A stretch of 64,000 nt of DNA from an uncultured Candidatus Saccharibacteria bacterium (GCA_964448075.1 CAYUUR010000001.1:129785-193784); one strand, 5' to 3'. Positions 1 to 10,071 are shown, counted from the stretch's first letter. The notes: a model not told the origin generated them from the letters alone. Program-made: numbers and translations.

Positions 1-98
1 ACGTCTATACTGTCAATGTACGATGGGTCGCTGTACTCATCAGTAAGCTCTATCCTAGAGTAAGCATCTGTACCAATCGTCCCGACCTATTTCAATCG

Positions 99-611
99 TT
101 ACGTACGAAATAGCCACAAGTACAACATAGACCATGCGGTCACAATAGCAGCGACAATATACTGATATTCCAGATAGGCTGGCGAAAAGTAACACAGCGC
201 TGCGGCTGCGAGGTTGAGCGCAGCAGCAAAGTAGTACCACTGAGCTGGACGATCAACAACACCGTTCCAAATGTACGCAATTGCCATAACCACCAACCAA
301 AAGACACCCAAATATGGGATAATTCGCGCTAACTGGTCAATATAGAAAGCTAGTCCTGAGACGGCCATGCCAAAGGCAATCGGCACCAGCCAAGAAACGA
401 AAATCTGCTTCATCTTGCCGACCTTGAGAGGCATAACCCTCCACATATACCCCATACCAATCACCGAAATAAGAAACCATACTGCATTGATCTGACGCAC
501 TTGCCAGAAATGCGTCGCTATATAACCAATCGTACCAAGCACTGCCCACAGCAAATACACCCGGGCCCGCGAAGCATGTAGTAAATAAAACCAGTCAACT
601 CTGCTATTCAT
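99..611 (-). CDS. Integral membrane protein, function unknown
   Basis: Part of ORF 99..668. I place the start at the internal ATG (MNSRVDW...) at 611 because the longer version runs into the divergent gene at 632. The translation is rich in hydrophobic helices and has no motif I recognise. Confidence 0.55.
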   Translation of the reverse strand: MNSRVDWFYLLHASRARVYLLWAVLGTIGYIATHFWQVRQINAVWFLISVIGMGYMWRVMPLKVGKMKQIFVSWLVPIAFGMAVSGLAFYIDQLARIIPYLGVFWLVVMAIAYIWNGVVDRPAQWYYFAAALNLAAAALCYFSPAYLEYQYIVAAIVTAWSMLYLWLFRT

Positions 612-631
612 TGTTATAATGCTTATTATAC

Positions 632-1336
632 ATGCGCGTAAGATTTGACCACAAACATGAAGAGGCAAACGGTATTGTTAATCTGTATTTTGAACCATTG
701 GAACGCTACCAACACATGGCTGGTCAGTTTATTGAGATCAATCTACGGCATGACAAACCCGATTCTCGCGGCATTCGCCGCTGGTTTACGCTCTCATCTG
801 CGCCCGAGGATGAATTACTCAGCATAACAACTCGATATGCAGGCAAAAATAGCAGCAGCTTCAAGCGTGCTTTTACCGCACTTAAACCCGGTACTGAACT
901 GTCCTTTAGTCCGCCAGAGGGTGACTTTTGTTTACCAAAAGACACCGACACCAAACTTGTATTTGTCGCGGGAGGGATCGGCATTACCCCGGTTCATAGC
1001 ATGGTAAAACACCTACTCAACGCCCAAGAACAACGCGATGTCCGCGTCATATACGGTGTTAATACGCTGGACGACGCACTGTTCACCAATGTATTTGACA
1101 CCTACCAAGCAGACGTCGAACTAGTGGTAACCAACCCGCCAGATAACTGGGAGGGCACGAGCGGACGTGTCACCGCAGAGCAGATAGTTTCCGCAACCCA
1201 AAACACTGATAACTTCCTCATCTACTTATCGGGGCCAGAACCGATGGTAGAAAAGCTTGACGCAGAACTAAAATCAGCAGGCATTGCCTCCAGGCACATC
1301 AAGACAGATTTCTTCCCGGGTTATAACAATATCTAA
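632..1336 (+). CDS. FNR-fold FAD/NAD(P)H oxidoreductase (cytochrome-b5-reductase/ferredoxin-reductase-like)
   Basis: RWFTLSS matches the R-x-(Y/F)-(S/T) FAD-binding motif, GGIGITP is a nucleotide-binding motif, and LSGPEPM lies near the C-terminus. There is no Fe-S domain. Confidence 0.7.
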   Translation: MRVRFDHKHEEANGIVNLYFEPLERYQHMAGQFIEINLRHDKPDSRGIRRWFTLSSAPEDELLSITTRYAGKNSSSFKRAFTALKPGTELSFSPPEGDFCLPKDTDTKLVFVAGGIGITPVHSMVKHLLNAQEQRDVRVIYGVNTLDDALFTNVFDTYQADVELVVTNPPDNWEGTSGRVTAEQIVSATQNTDNFLIYLSGPEPMVEKLDAELKSAGIASRHIKTDFFPGYNNI

Positions 1337-1347
1337 AGGAGTACTAC

Positions 1348-1758
1348 ATGAAAAAATCAACCCTCGCCATTATCATCGCCATCTTATCAGTCGGTATACT
1401 CGGCGGTATCTACTTGTATCAAAAAGATGAACCATCAACGTCAGATACGCCTACAATCAGCACAAATACCACTGACGGAACAACAAAGGCTTCCAGCTAC
1501 ACAGCAGCAGAGGTCGCCAAACACAAGACCGCATCTGACTGCTGGACAATCATCAATGGCAATGTCTACGACCTTACAAGCTATGTGTCTCGTCACCCTG
1601 GTGGTGATGACATTGAATTGGCTTGTGGCGTAGACGGAACAACCCTATTCACTCAGCGTAAAACAGTAGATGGCAAGACAGTTGGTTCAGGCACACCTCA
1701 TGATGACGGCTCTGCCTCCCAACTCGAATCGCTCAAGATTGGCACCCTCGCTAACTAG
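1348..1758 (+). CDS. Membrane-anchored cytochrome b5-like heme-binding domain protein
   Basis: AAGGAG lies 8 nt upstream. It has an N-terminal TM helix followed by CWTIINGNVYDLTSYVSRHPGGDD...GVDGTTLF, the classic cyt-b5 HPGG signature. Confidence 0.75.
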   Translation: MKKSTLAIIIAILSVGILGGIYLYQKDEPSTSDTPTISTNTTDGTTKASSYTAAEVAKHKTASDCWTIINGNVYDLTSYVSRHPGGDDIELACGVDGTTLFTQRKTVDGKTVGSGTPHDDGSASQLESLKIGTLAN

Positions 1759-1770
1759 CTGACATAATTA

Positions 1771-2628
1771 TTAGTGAGTTTTCGCATGTGCTTCGACATG
1801 GCGCGAGAGTACACCAATGCCCAGCAAATGACTGAGTGTCGCACGCGGCGTGTCGACATTATGCGGGATGAGGCGATATAGCTTGGCGGTTTCAGGTCTC
1901 ACCACGACGTCGCGAGCAGCACCGGAAGTTTCAAGACATGCACAACTACCGATCGTTTCCAACCGAAGTGCCTTCCAGCGAACAGATCTTTCATCCCAAT
2001 CTTGTTCTCCCTCAATAGACGTTATTCGACTCGAAACGTTGAATCGGCGTTCATTCACTTGTACAGCCAACGAGGTTGACCCAGCCCGGAATCCGTCATC
2101 AAATTCTACATATGAATAACCATCTTCAGCCTGGCTCCGTACCTCTGCACCATGCGGTTCTGCCATCGCTTGCACCGTCTCACGCCATATGTCTGTGTTG
2201 GCACTGCTCAGGTTTAACCACTCTTGCATCGACTTATTCACCCAGGCATAGCAACCGACGCGTCCATTCAGAGACTGAATACTCATTACTCGATCTGTTG
2301 GATTATCAAGGGTATAGTTCATGATTCGGTTGGCCGCATCGAGATATTTGCCGAGTGGTGAATCACCCCAAACTGGTTTGCTGTACGTATCACCGAGTAG
2401 TGCTTTTATGTCAGTAAGCACCGTGAGTCTTTCGCCCTCAGTAGACACCTCAACGCCAGAGAAAGACGCAATGCCATCAATTGCCTCGTCGTATAGCTCA
2501 TGCCTCCGACTTGGATCTGCACCAGCATCTTCTTCGTCAAATGCAGCGACTGAATCGAGATTAAAGACGAGGTTACCCTGCGCTTCATACGTCACTTGAG
2601 GACGAACTTCTGGTTGATTCATATACAA
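1771..2628 (-). CDS. Hypothetical protein (285 aa, soluble)
   Basis: Long uninterrupted ORF with no recognisable motif. Confidence 0.5.
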   Translation of the reverse strand: MYMNQPEVRPQVTYEAQGNLVFNLDSVAAFDEEDAGADPSRRHELYDEAIDGIASFSGVEVSTEGERLTVLTDIKALLGDTYSKPVWGDSPLGKYLDAANRIMNYTLDNPTDRVMSIQSLNGRVGCYAWVNKSMQEWLNLSSANTDIWRETVQAMAEPHGAEVRSQAEDGYSYVEFDDGFRAGSTSLAVQVNERRFNVSSRITSIEGEQDWDERSVRWKALRLETIGSCACLETSGAARDVVVRPETAKLYRLIPHNVDTPRATLSHLLGIGVLSRHVEAHAKTH

Positions 2629-2661
2629 ACACCCTACGGTAAACTCAGGCTGGCTGCAAGG

Positions 2662-3654
2662 TTAAGCAGTATGTTTTGTTGTAGCCGGAACAGAGTGGAC
2701 TTCGTGGGTTTTGTGCGCGTCTTCAAGATATTTACGAATCATAAGTGCTGCAGTGGCACCTTCGCCTACGGCACTGGCAATCTGCATGGTTGCACCTGAA
2801 CGGACATCGCCAGCCGCAAAGACTCCCGGCATGGTCGTCATGAGCTCTGTGTTTGTCTTGATAAGACCAAGTTCATCAAGTTCAATCTTGGTACCCTCCA
2901 AGAACTGCGTATTTGGTAATAGTCCGATGAATACAAACACACCATCAGTCGGAAAATCGACTTTCTTTCCAGTTGTCACATCAGTGCCGACGACTTTAAC
3001 AACCTTGCCTTCTTCCCCAACAATTTCATCGGTCGTTGTATTGTAGTGAATGGTTATTTTGTCGGCGTGTTTTTTGAGCTCTTCTTGTAGTACTTCGCTG
3101 GCGCGCATCTTTTCGCCACGCACTAGTAGATCAGTCTTAGAGGCAAACTTGGTCAGAAACATTGCTTCTTGAACGGCAGAGTTGCCACCACCGACAACTA
3201 CGAGACGTTTGTCACGATAGAATGCTCCGTCACACGTCGCACAGAAGTGCACGCCACGTCCGTAAAACTCTTGCTCACCTGGAATACCAAGCTTTTTATA
3301 ATCACTACCGGTAGCGATCAAGACTGACTCTGCCAAAATTTCTCCGTCAGTTGTATCAAGTATTTTGTACTTGCCTTTGTCAGTAATCTTAGTAACCTCA
3401 CCGAGTTCAATTACCGCGCCAAAGCGCTCTGCTTGCTTACGCAAGCCTTCGGCAAGATCAAGGCCGGCTATTCCTTTTGGAAATCCAGGATAGTTATCAA
3501 CCCAGTCAGTAATAGCCGCTAAGCCTCCGACAACACCCTTTTCATACAGAAGTGTCTCTAGGTCTTCACGCGTTGTATAGACAGCCGCAGCCAGTGCCGC
3601 TGGTCCAGCACCAACCATTACAACTTGGTGGATTTTTTTGTCTGCCTCACTCAT
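2662..3654 (-). CDS. trxB: Thioredoxin-disulfide reductase
   Basis: VMVGAGPAALAAAVY dinucleotide fold, CATCDG redox-active motif, and a second GGGNSA fold. The start is set at MSEADKK (ATG 3654), which has GGGAGA upstream. Confidence 0.9.
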   Translation of the reverse strand: MSEADKKIHQVVMVGAGPAALAAAVYTTREDLETLLYEKGVVGGLAAITDWVDNYPGFPKGIAGLDLAEGLRKQAERFGAVIELGEVTKITDKGKYKILDTTDGEILAESVLIATGSDYKKLGIPGEQEFYGRGVHFCATCDGAFYRDKRLVVVGGGNSAVQEAMFLTKFASKTDLLVRGEKMRASEVLQEELKKHADKITIHYNTTTDEIVGEEGKVVKVVGTDVTTGKKVDFPTDGVFVFIGLLPNTQFLEGTKIELDELGLIKTNTELMTTMPGVFAAGDVRSGATMQIASAVGEGATAALMIRKYLEDAHKTHEVHSVPATTKHTA

Positions 3655-3732
3655 GCTTATTCTCCCATTACGAGGCCACACACCCTTGTCTGCCTCACTG
3701 CTATAGTCTCTATTCTATATCCTCACGTGCGT

Positions 3733-3981
3733 TCAGGCTACAGCTGGAGCAAGACGAGAGAGGTTAAAACCAACGACTACTTCTTGACTGTCGTCTTGCT
3801 TTGTCACGACCGTGACCGGTACAGTCATGGCACCACTTATCTGCATAGCTTCTGCTTGACGCTCTGGGTTCTGGTCAAGGTTAACCTCTTCGTAGGTCTG
3901 ACCCTTGCTGGCAAGCCACTTTTTGACCATTACGCAGTATGCGCAGGTGTTAGTAGTGTAGATAGTAACGTTTTTAGGCAT
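3733..3981 (-). CDS. Glutaredoxin/NrdH-like small redoxin
   Basis: 82 aa with a CAYC active site after the first beta strand (VTIYTTNTCAYC). It lies adjacent to trxB. Confidence 0.75.
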   Translation of the reverse strand: MPKNVTIYTTNTCAYCVMVKKWLASKGQTYEEVNLDQNPERQAEAMQISGAMTVPVTVVTKQDDSQEVVVGFNLSRLAPAVA

Positions 3982-4088
3982 AATTTTCCCCTCATGCTTT
4001 GCTTTTTGTTTAGCTTTTATTTATGCTGCTTTTAGTATATATAGCGCTCACGCTTAATTCAATACCCCATATGTTGTGTTTTTGGCAA

Positions 4089-4643
4089 TTATTGCGCTGG
4101 TTCGCCAACACTGATGAGCTGGATATCAAACACCAGGTCAGAGTTTGGTGGAATGTTTGCTGCGGGCGACTGCTCACCGAAGGCCTGTGCTGCAGGAATG
4201 AGTAAACGACGCGTACCGCCCGCCTTCATACCCGGGACACCTTCTTGCCAGCCTACGATAACCCCTGATAGCGGAAATGTAGCGGGCTGACCACTGTCGA
4301 GCGAACTCTGGAAGATCGTTCCATCTTTAGCGAGTGCTCCGGTGTAATGCGCCGTAACGGTATCGCCTTTTTTGACTTCTGTACCCGTTCCAACAGTGAT
4401 GTCAGTAATTACAAGCTTGTCGACTTGCTCTACCGGCGTAAAGCCTTCTAGTTTTGTACCTTCCAATGAACCCTCCTTTGGTGTTGTTTGTTCTTCTACT
4501 GGTTTATCCTCAGTCGCTACTGACTGCTGACTGTCATCCTTCGTAAGAATACTGTATAAGATCGCCCCACTGGTCCCTACAGAAGTCAATAAAAAGATAA
4601 CAGCGATAACCAAAGTAAATGCACGTTGACTTCTCGTAGCCAT
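4089..4643 (-). CDS. FKBP-type peptidyl-prolyl cis-trans isomerase, membrane-anchored
   Basis: C-terminal FKBP signature (VTAHYTGAL..DGTIFQSS...GVIVGWQEG..GMK.GG.R.L.IP...AFG). GGAGGAAAT precedes ATG 4643. Confidence 0.85.
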   Translation of the reverse strand: MATRSQRAFTLVIAVIFLLTSVGTSGAILYSILTKDDSQQSVATEDKPVEEQTTPKEGSLEGTKLEGFTPVEQVDKLVITDITVGTGTEVKKGDTVTAHYTGALAKDGTIFQSSLDSGQPATFPLSGVIVGWQEGVPGMKAGGTRRLLIPAAQAFGEQSPAANIPPNSDLVFDIQLISVGEPAQ

Positions 4644-4729
4644 ATTTCCTCCATTTGCCGTTGTAGTATACCGCAAAACGACACGCGAGGAACCATTGAC
4701 AATTTACGAATTTGGTTCATGATAATCAC

Positions 4730-4984
4730 ATGCCAGAAACTCACAAAAGAACAACCGCCAACTACTTATTCGGTGCTAGCTGTTTAGCGACCTTTGCGCT
4801 TGGTTGCGGGCTTTACATCGACGGCGCGGCAGATTTACTGCAAACGGAACTAGCTAATCATGGAGAAACCCTACAGATATCAAGCTCAGTACCCGATGTA
4901 GACTCAGGTATTGCGCTTCAGCTATCCGGCGGCCTCATCCTTGCAGTCACAGGTTTAGCATCACTCTGTCGTATCGAAGGCTAG
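4730..4984 (+). CDS. Small hypothetical membrane protein
   Basis: ORF 4712..4984. ATG 4730 sits just downstream of TTGACA (4696-4701) and an ATGATAAT -10-like box. Weak support. Confidence 0.35.
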   Translation: MPETHKRTTANYLFGASCLATFALGCGLYIDGAADLLQTELANHGETLQISSSVPDVDSGIALQLSGGLILAVTGLASLCRIEG

Positions 4985-6756
4985 TCTGCGATATCGAATG
5001 ACTGTAGTTTCTTTTTGACTTGTTCAGTCTTTTTGCCGTGTTGCAGCGCAAGCAACTGAGCATAGATACCGTCTGACTTGGCAAGTACCCCAGGAGAACC
5101 GACCTCGTCAATAGTACCGCCACGTAGCGTAACAATCATGTCGACGTTCTGGATGGTACTGAGCCGATGAGCAATAATCAACGTCGTTCGGCCTTTCATG
5201 AGACGTTCGAGGGCTTCTTGAACCATCTGTTCACTTTTACTATCTAAACTGCTGGTTGCTTCGTCCAGAATAAGAATTGGCGCGTCCTTAAGCAGGGCGC
5301 GAGCGATAGCAATACGCTGTTTCTGCCCGCCACTCAGTTTTAAACCACGCTCACCTATCTCTGTATCATAGCCGTGCTCAAGTTTACTGATGAACTCATG
5401 GGCGTTCGCAGCCTTGGCAGCAGCAATAATCGCAGCGTCATCGGTTTTTTCTTGGGCATATCCAATGTTTTCCTTAATCGTTCCACTAAATAAAGCAGGG
5501 TCCTGAAAAACGACGCCGATATTGTGTCGCAAACTTTTTTGCGTAACCTCGCTGATATTTTGACCGTCAATCATAATCGATCCCGTTTGAGGCTCATACA
5601 GACGAAGCAGCAGATTGGTTAGTGTTGTCTTTCCTTCGCCACTCTCACCAACGAGTGCGATCTTTGTATCAGGCATTATTTCAAGTGAAATTTCTCGGAG
5701 GATAGTATGTTTGTCGTCATACCCGAAGGCCACATCCTGAAAGGTAATGGCTCCCCGAGTTACCCTCAACTGGCGAGCGCCTGGCTTGTCCAGAATATCA
5801 GGGGTTACATTCATGACTTCAAAATAATCACGACTATCAGCCACCGCACGTTGCACGCTTTCAACCAAGAAGCTGATAGTAAATATTGGGATCCTTATCT
5901 GTTGAGCCAACAGAATCAACGCCACGGCATCCCCGGCGGTTAGTTGACCGTTCACGGCCTGTGTGAAGATGAATATATATACTCCAAAAAATATCACGTT
6001 CAAAGCCAAGCGACGCCGAACGTCTCGTTCATGCCAGAAGCGAGACTGAGGCATATTTATTGCAACGGCTTTTTGTATGTATTTCTGGAAAAACTTCAGT
6101 TCGCGACGTTCTTGCACGAAACTCTTGATTACTTTTATCTGTGTTATTGCCTCTGCAAAGCGCCCACTCGCTATGTCATAGTTCTGATTCTTGTCCTTCT
6201 GATACTCTTGCCACGTGTTACTGGTACGAACAGTCATCCAAATGTAGATTGGATACAGCGCAAAGAGCAGGACTGCAACCTGCCAGCTATAGTACGTTAC
6301 TGCAATCAAAGCAAATATCGTCGAGAAGATGAACTGCAAGAAGTTATTACTGAACATGTTCATGAAGTTAGACAACTGCTGGACAGAACGACTAAGGCGG
6401 TTGATCAGCGCGCCGGATAACTCTTTGTCAAAATAGCTCTGAGGCAGAGTCAAGAGATGCTTATAGTAGCGTTCTGACAGTACCTTGTTGAGCTTGGCGG
6501 CCATTTGATCGCCTAAGTATCCAGATATGTTATTTAAGAAAGTTGCCGACACATCCAGAACAAAAAGGCCTACAGCCAGCCAAATAACATAGCTCAAGCG
6601 CGCCGACGTACCTTGTCCAATCTCATCGATTGCTCGACCACTTATGATTGGCACTAGAAGCATGGTCAAGCTTGAGATTATCGTCAAAATACCGATTGCT
6701 ACATAATACGGACGCAGTTCGCGCGCATAGCCCAAAATTCTCATCACATACTTCAT
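4981..6756 (-). CDS. ABC transporter, fused permease/ATPase (exporter type, MsbA/MdlB-like)
   Basis: N-terminal six-TM domain, Walker A GESGEGKTT, signature LSGGQKQR, Walker B ILILDEATS. Confidence 0.85.
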   Translation of the reverse strand: MKYVMRILGYARELRPYYVAIGILTIISSLTMLLVPIISGRAIDEIGQGTSARLSYVIWLAVGLFVLDVSATFLNNISGYLGDQMAAKLNKVLSERYYKHLLTLPQSYFDKELSGALINRLSRSVQQLSNFMNMFSNNFLQFIFSTIFALIAVTYYSWQVAVLLFALYPIYIWMTVRTSNTWQEYQKDKNQNYDIASGRFAEAITQIKVIKSFVQERRELKFFQKYIQKAVAINMPQSRFWHERDVRRRLALNVIFFGVYIFIFTQAVNGQLTAGDAVALILLAQQIRIPIFTISFLVESVQRAVADSRDYFEVMNVTPDILDKPGARQLRVTRGAITFQDVAFGYDDKHTILREISLEIMPDTKIALVGESGEGKTTLTNLLLRLYEPQTGSIMIDGQNISEVTQKSLRHNIGVVFQDPALFSGTIKENIGYAQEKTDDAAIIAAAKAANAHEFISKLEHGYDTEIGERGLKLSGGQKQRIAIARALLKDAPILILDEATSSLDSKSEQMVQEALERLMKGRTTLIIAHRLSTIQNVDMIVTLRGGTIDEVGSPGVLAKSDGIYAQLLALQHGKKTEQVKKKLQSFDIAD

Positions 6757-6785
6757 TATGTATAGCTTATCGCATTACATTGATA

Positions 6786-7337
6786 TCAGCGACCGTTTTT
6801 AGAAGAAACAAGCGAATACAGTAACGCCGCGATTATAAAAAACAAACCACCGTAAAAGAATAACTCCACATAGAGTTCAGCTTTGTAGCCTTCTCCTGGG
6901 GAGGTTACAAAGTAGCGGACCACTGCTAACGAATATGCTGCCAATGAAATAATTGCCGTGGTTAGCAAGGCAATTCTGGATCGCAGTATCGCTATGACAA
7001 GTAGGGGCAATATATATAAGAACACCGCCTTACTAGCCATGCCACGTTGTGCAAACACAATAATCGTCGCTATAGCCAGGTCCACAGCTGCAAGTATCCA
7101 CGCGTAGGCCTGCAATAGCGTTTGGCTTTTAGTAGCGCGTGCCGCATACCAAATGCCAGCTGTTGCGGCAAGCAGTAATGATGCGAGTGTCCAGCGCTGC
7201 AGGACAACGCTCGGCGGAATGAGATTCCATGCATCTGACAGAATAATTGTAACGACAAATAACCCCACAAAAGCAAAGTGAATGCGTGCGATTGAGAGCA
7301 GACTAGACTGTAGTGGCAACGTAGCAAGTTTTTTCAT
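6786..7337 (-). CDS. Integral membrane protein, function unknown
   Basis: 183 aa consisting almost entirely of TM helices. Confidence 0.5.
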   Translation of the reverse strand: MKKLATLPLQSSLLSIARIHFAFVGLFVVTIILSDAWNLIPPSVVLQRWTLASLLLAATAGIWYAARATKSQTLLQAYAWILAAVDLAIATIIVFAQRGMASKAVFLYILPLLVIAILRSRIALLTTAIISLAAYSLAVVRYFVTSPGEGYKAELYVELFFYGGLFFIIAALLYSLVSSKNGR

Positions 7338-7397
7338 TACTTCACGTTGTATTCAACCATAAGCGCTATGTGATAGCAACCAAAACGCAACAAATGA

Positions 7398-8045
7398 CTA
7401 CAGGCTTATCGTCTGTGCGTTGGTTGGAATTTCAATAGTAACTGGCTTGTAAGTAAAGACAAGCTCACCACTGTCGCCGCCGTAGTTACCGGTTGCTTTC
7501 ATGATTCGCTTGGTTGATTGGTCAATATAGACTTTGCCGTTCGTTGTATCTTGCGTAACCTCCCAGACTTCACATGTCTGAGCACCACACGCTTCTGTGC
7601 CAACATATTTTGCATTTTGTTTGAGGCTATTAATCTCATCAGCTGAATATTGGTATGTGTTCGGGTCAAAGCCGCTCGCGTTAGTGGTATCCATTTTATA
7701 GCAGGTTGAGCCTTGGCAGGAATAGTATGCATCCTTGGTCATGATAATTCTGATTTCTTTTCCGCTTTGTTGAGACGAAAACTCACTGTTTCCTTTGCCG
7801 TCATACTTTAGCGATGCCGTAAACGTCTTACCGTCCTTTTGACTGGTCAAGGCTGCCTCATAACTTACACCAGTCATTGCAACAGGATTAAATGCAGCGG
7901 CTGTTTGAGACTGTGTTTGTGTATCCTGTGATACAGCTGGTGCTGCTGACTTGTTATTGCTATCTTTGTTCATGGCAAGATATGCTCCGCCGCCTAGTAC
8001 GACCACAGCAATAACCGCCAGTGCTATTATGATTGATTTCTTCAT
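7398..8045 (-). CDS. Secreted or membrane-anchored hypothetical protein
   Basis: N-terminal signal/anchor (MKKSIIIALAVIAVVVLGG), a Ser/Thr/Gln-rich linker, and a Cys-containing globular domain. Confidence 0.55.
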   Translation of the reverse strand: MKKSIIIALAVIAVVVLGGGAYLAMNKDSNNKSAAPAVSQDTQTQSQTAAAFNPVAMTGVSYEAALTSQKDGKTFTASLKYDGKGNSEFSSQQSGKEIRIIMTKDAYYSCQGSTCYKMDTTNASGFDPNTYQYSADEINSLKQNAKYVGTEACGAQTCEVWEVTQDTTNGKVYIDQSTKRIMKATGNYGGDSGELVFTYKPVTIEIPTNAQTISL

Positions 8046-8098
8046 CTCATCTCTCCTCGTTATAACCCTATCCTACGCCACTGCCGAATAAGATTCAA

Positions 8099-8782
8099 TT
8101 AGTCGCGAGCGAAGGGCGAAAAGTTCGTATTGCGGTCATAGACGTCGGCGCCTTCGGCTTTTTTGAGATACCCAACAACGACGTACGTAACTGGCGTACA
8201 TACTATTTCTACTGCAAGCTTAATACCGTACACCGTGGCAATCAGCTGTACTAACTCGCTACTTGTCAGCATGCCACCAAATGCAATTACACTAAAGACG
8301 ATCGTATCTAACGCCGAACCAACGACCGTTGAAGTAATCGTTCGTAGCCATAGAAGTTTGCCAGCAGTACGCACTTTTAGCTTTGCCAGGACAAAAGAGT
8401 TCGCAAACTCACCCACAATATAGCCACAAAGACTGGCGAGCGCTATGCGCGGCACAAAGCCAAGGATTGATTCGTATGCTGCTTGATTCTCCCACCCAGA
8501 TGCCGCCGGCAATGCTTGAACCAGTAGCAACGTTACACTGAGGACGAGCAGGCTATAAAAACCCAACCAAATAGTCCGACGTGCTCGCTTATAGCCGTAC
8601 ACTTCTGTCAGGACGTCACCAATAATATATGCGAACGGGAACAAGATCGTACCGGCATCGAACAACAACGGACCTGATCCAATGAGCTTTGTAGATACAA
8701 TGTTTGAGACAATCAATACCGTCACAAACATGGCGACGATTACGTCATAGTACTTGAAAGACTTGGCAGAAACGGCAGTCAT
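8099..8782 (-). CDS. yhhQ: Queuosine-precursor transporter family protein (YhhQ/DUF165/VUT)
   Basis: FPFAYIIGDVLTEVYGYKRARRTIWLG is the motif I associate with the YhhQ family. Polytopic membrane protein. Confidence 0.7.
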   Translation of the reverse strand: MTAVSAKSFKYYDVIVAMFVTVLIVSNIVSTKLIGSGPLLFDAGTILFPFAYIIGDVLTEVYGYKRARRTIWLGFYSLLVLSVTLLLVQALPAASGWENQAAYESILGFVPRIALASLCGYIVGEFANSFVLAKLKVRTAGKLLWLRTITSTVVGSALDTIVFSVIAFGGMLTSSELVQLIATVYGIKLAVEIVCTPVTYVVVGYLKKAEGADVYDRNTNFSPFARD

Positions 8783-10071
8783 TACTCGTAACGAAGCGCT
8801 TCAATTGGATCAAGCCGCGCCGCACGACGCGCTGGCAGCGTTGCCGCTAAGAAAGCAATAGCCATAATGAGCAGAATAATCGGAAGCATCGACATGAATG
8901 GGAATGAAAAGAGCTCAAGACCGTCAAAATCCTTGAACAATGTGTCGGCAGCAATACTACTCCCAATGCGACCTATAATGTTTGCAGCGCCAAGTGCAAT
9001 AATTGCTCCCCAGAAACCAATCAGAATCGCCTCAAGACTGAACAGCAGAAAGATCTTGCCTCGTCCCATACCGAGTGCTTTCATGAGGCCGATCTCTCTG
9101 GTCCGTTCTTGTACTGCCATGAGTAAAGTATTGACGATACCAAAGCTCGCAGCAGCGAGCGCAATACCGGCGAAGATATTCAAAAAGGTTGTAATGCCGT
9201 CAATAACGCTCGTGATAATTCCCAGCTGGTCGTCCAAAGTCGAAGCACTATATCCCTGTTCGGCTAATCGATCCTTAAGGGACTGTAGCTCTGCTTCTGG
9301 CTTCGATGCGTCAAACTTTCCAACGACATACGGGTACTGCTCACGTTGAAAATCAGGTACACCAACTGTTGCTTTGTCAAAAGCTGTCTTCATGAACGCG
9401 TCGTTTACATTCGCAGCGTTGCCTTGTATGAGTGTTTTTTCCTGAACACCAACAATCGTAACAGGCACAGTGAATGGGCTGCCCTGACTATCTTTGAAGC
9501 CCATTTCTATGGTCTCGCCAACCGCATCTTGGTCATCACTAAAGTTAAGGATCGACACAAATGATGGCGGGAGTGTAACTTCGTGTTTGTCAGAATTGTT
9601 CTGAACGAGTCGCCCCGCACGAAGAGGTTGGTTCAAGCCATCAACGGCCTGACCCACGGTAACCTGAAACTTCTTTGCACCATCACGGGTAAGATAGTCA
9701 GGCACGACAGGATAAAATAACTGCACGCTCTTGATTCCTTCTGTTGCCTCAATCTTTGCAACATCTACAGAACTCAGTGTTGGTGGATTAGTAAAGTCTG
9801 CGCTGGCCTGTTTCTTGCTTGGGTCATATTCTTTAGGGTCGTCGTTACTAACTGGCCCTCCGCCCTCAGTTTTTACACTAATGATTAAGGCATCTTTTGC
9901 CCCTACTGCAGAAACTTGTTCGTCAACGTACGTTTTAAGACCCTGGCCAACACCAGTGGTGAGCATGAGAGTGAGTGCTCCCATGAAAACTGCGCCAACA
10001 GTCAGAATCGTGCGGAGCTTGCTTTTACGTAAGTTGGAGTTAGCAGTACGGATGACATCGCGATAGTTCAT
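8782..10071 (-). CDS. ABC transporter permease, FtsX/MacB type
   Basis: N-terminal TM helix, a large extracytoplasmic domain, and a C-terminal FtsX-like three-TM bundle. It overlaps the upstream ATPase gene by 4 nt. Confidence 0.8.
   Translation of the reverse strand: MNYRDVIRTANSNLRKSKLRTILTVGAVFMGALTLMLTTGVGQGLKTYVDEQVSAVGAKDALIISVKTEGGGPVSNDDPKEYDPSKKQASADFTNPPTLSSVDVAKIEATEGIKSVQLFYPVVPDYLTRDGAKKFQVTVGQAVDGLNQPLRAGRLVQNNSDKHEVTLPPSFVSILNFSDDQDAVGETIEMGFKDSQGSPFTVPVTIVGVQEKTLIQGNAANVNDAFMKTAFDKATVGVPDFQREQYPYVVGKFDASKPEAELQSLKDRLAEQGYSASTLDDQLGIITSVIDGITTFLNIFAGIALAAASFGIVNTLLMAVQERTREIGLMKALGMGRGKIFLLFSLEAILIGFWGAIIALGAANIIGRIGSSIAADTLFKDFDGLELFSFPFMSMLPIILLIMAIAFLAATLPARRAARLDPIEALRYE

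Noticed and set aside
1-63. A possible 3' end of a plus-strand CDS at the window edge (...SILSMYDGSLYSSVSSILE, stop at 61-63).
   Set aside because: Only 20 codons are visible and there is no motif. That is not enough to support a feature.
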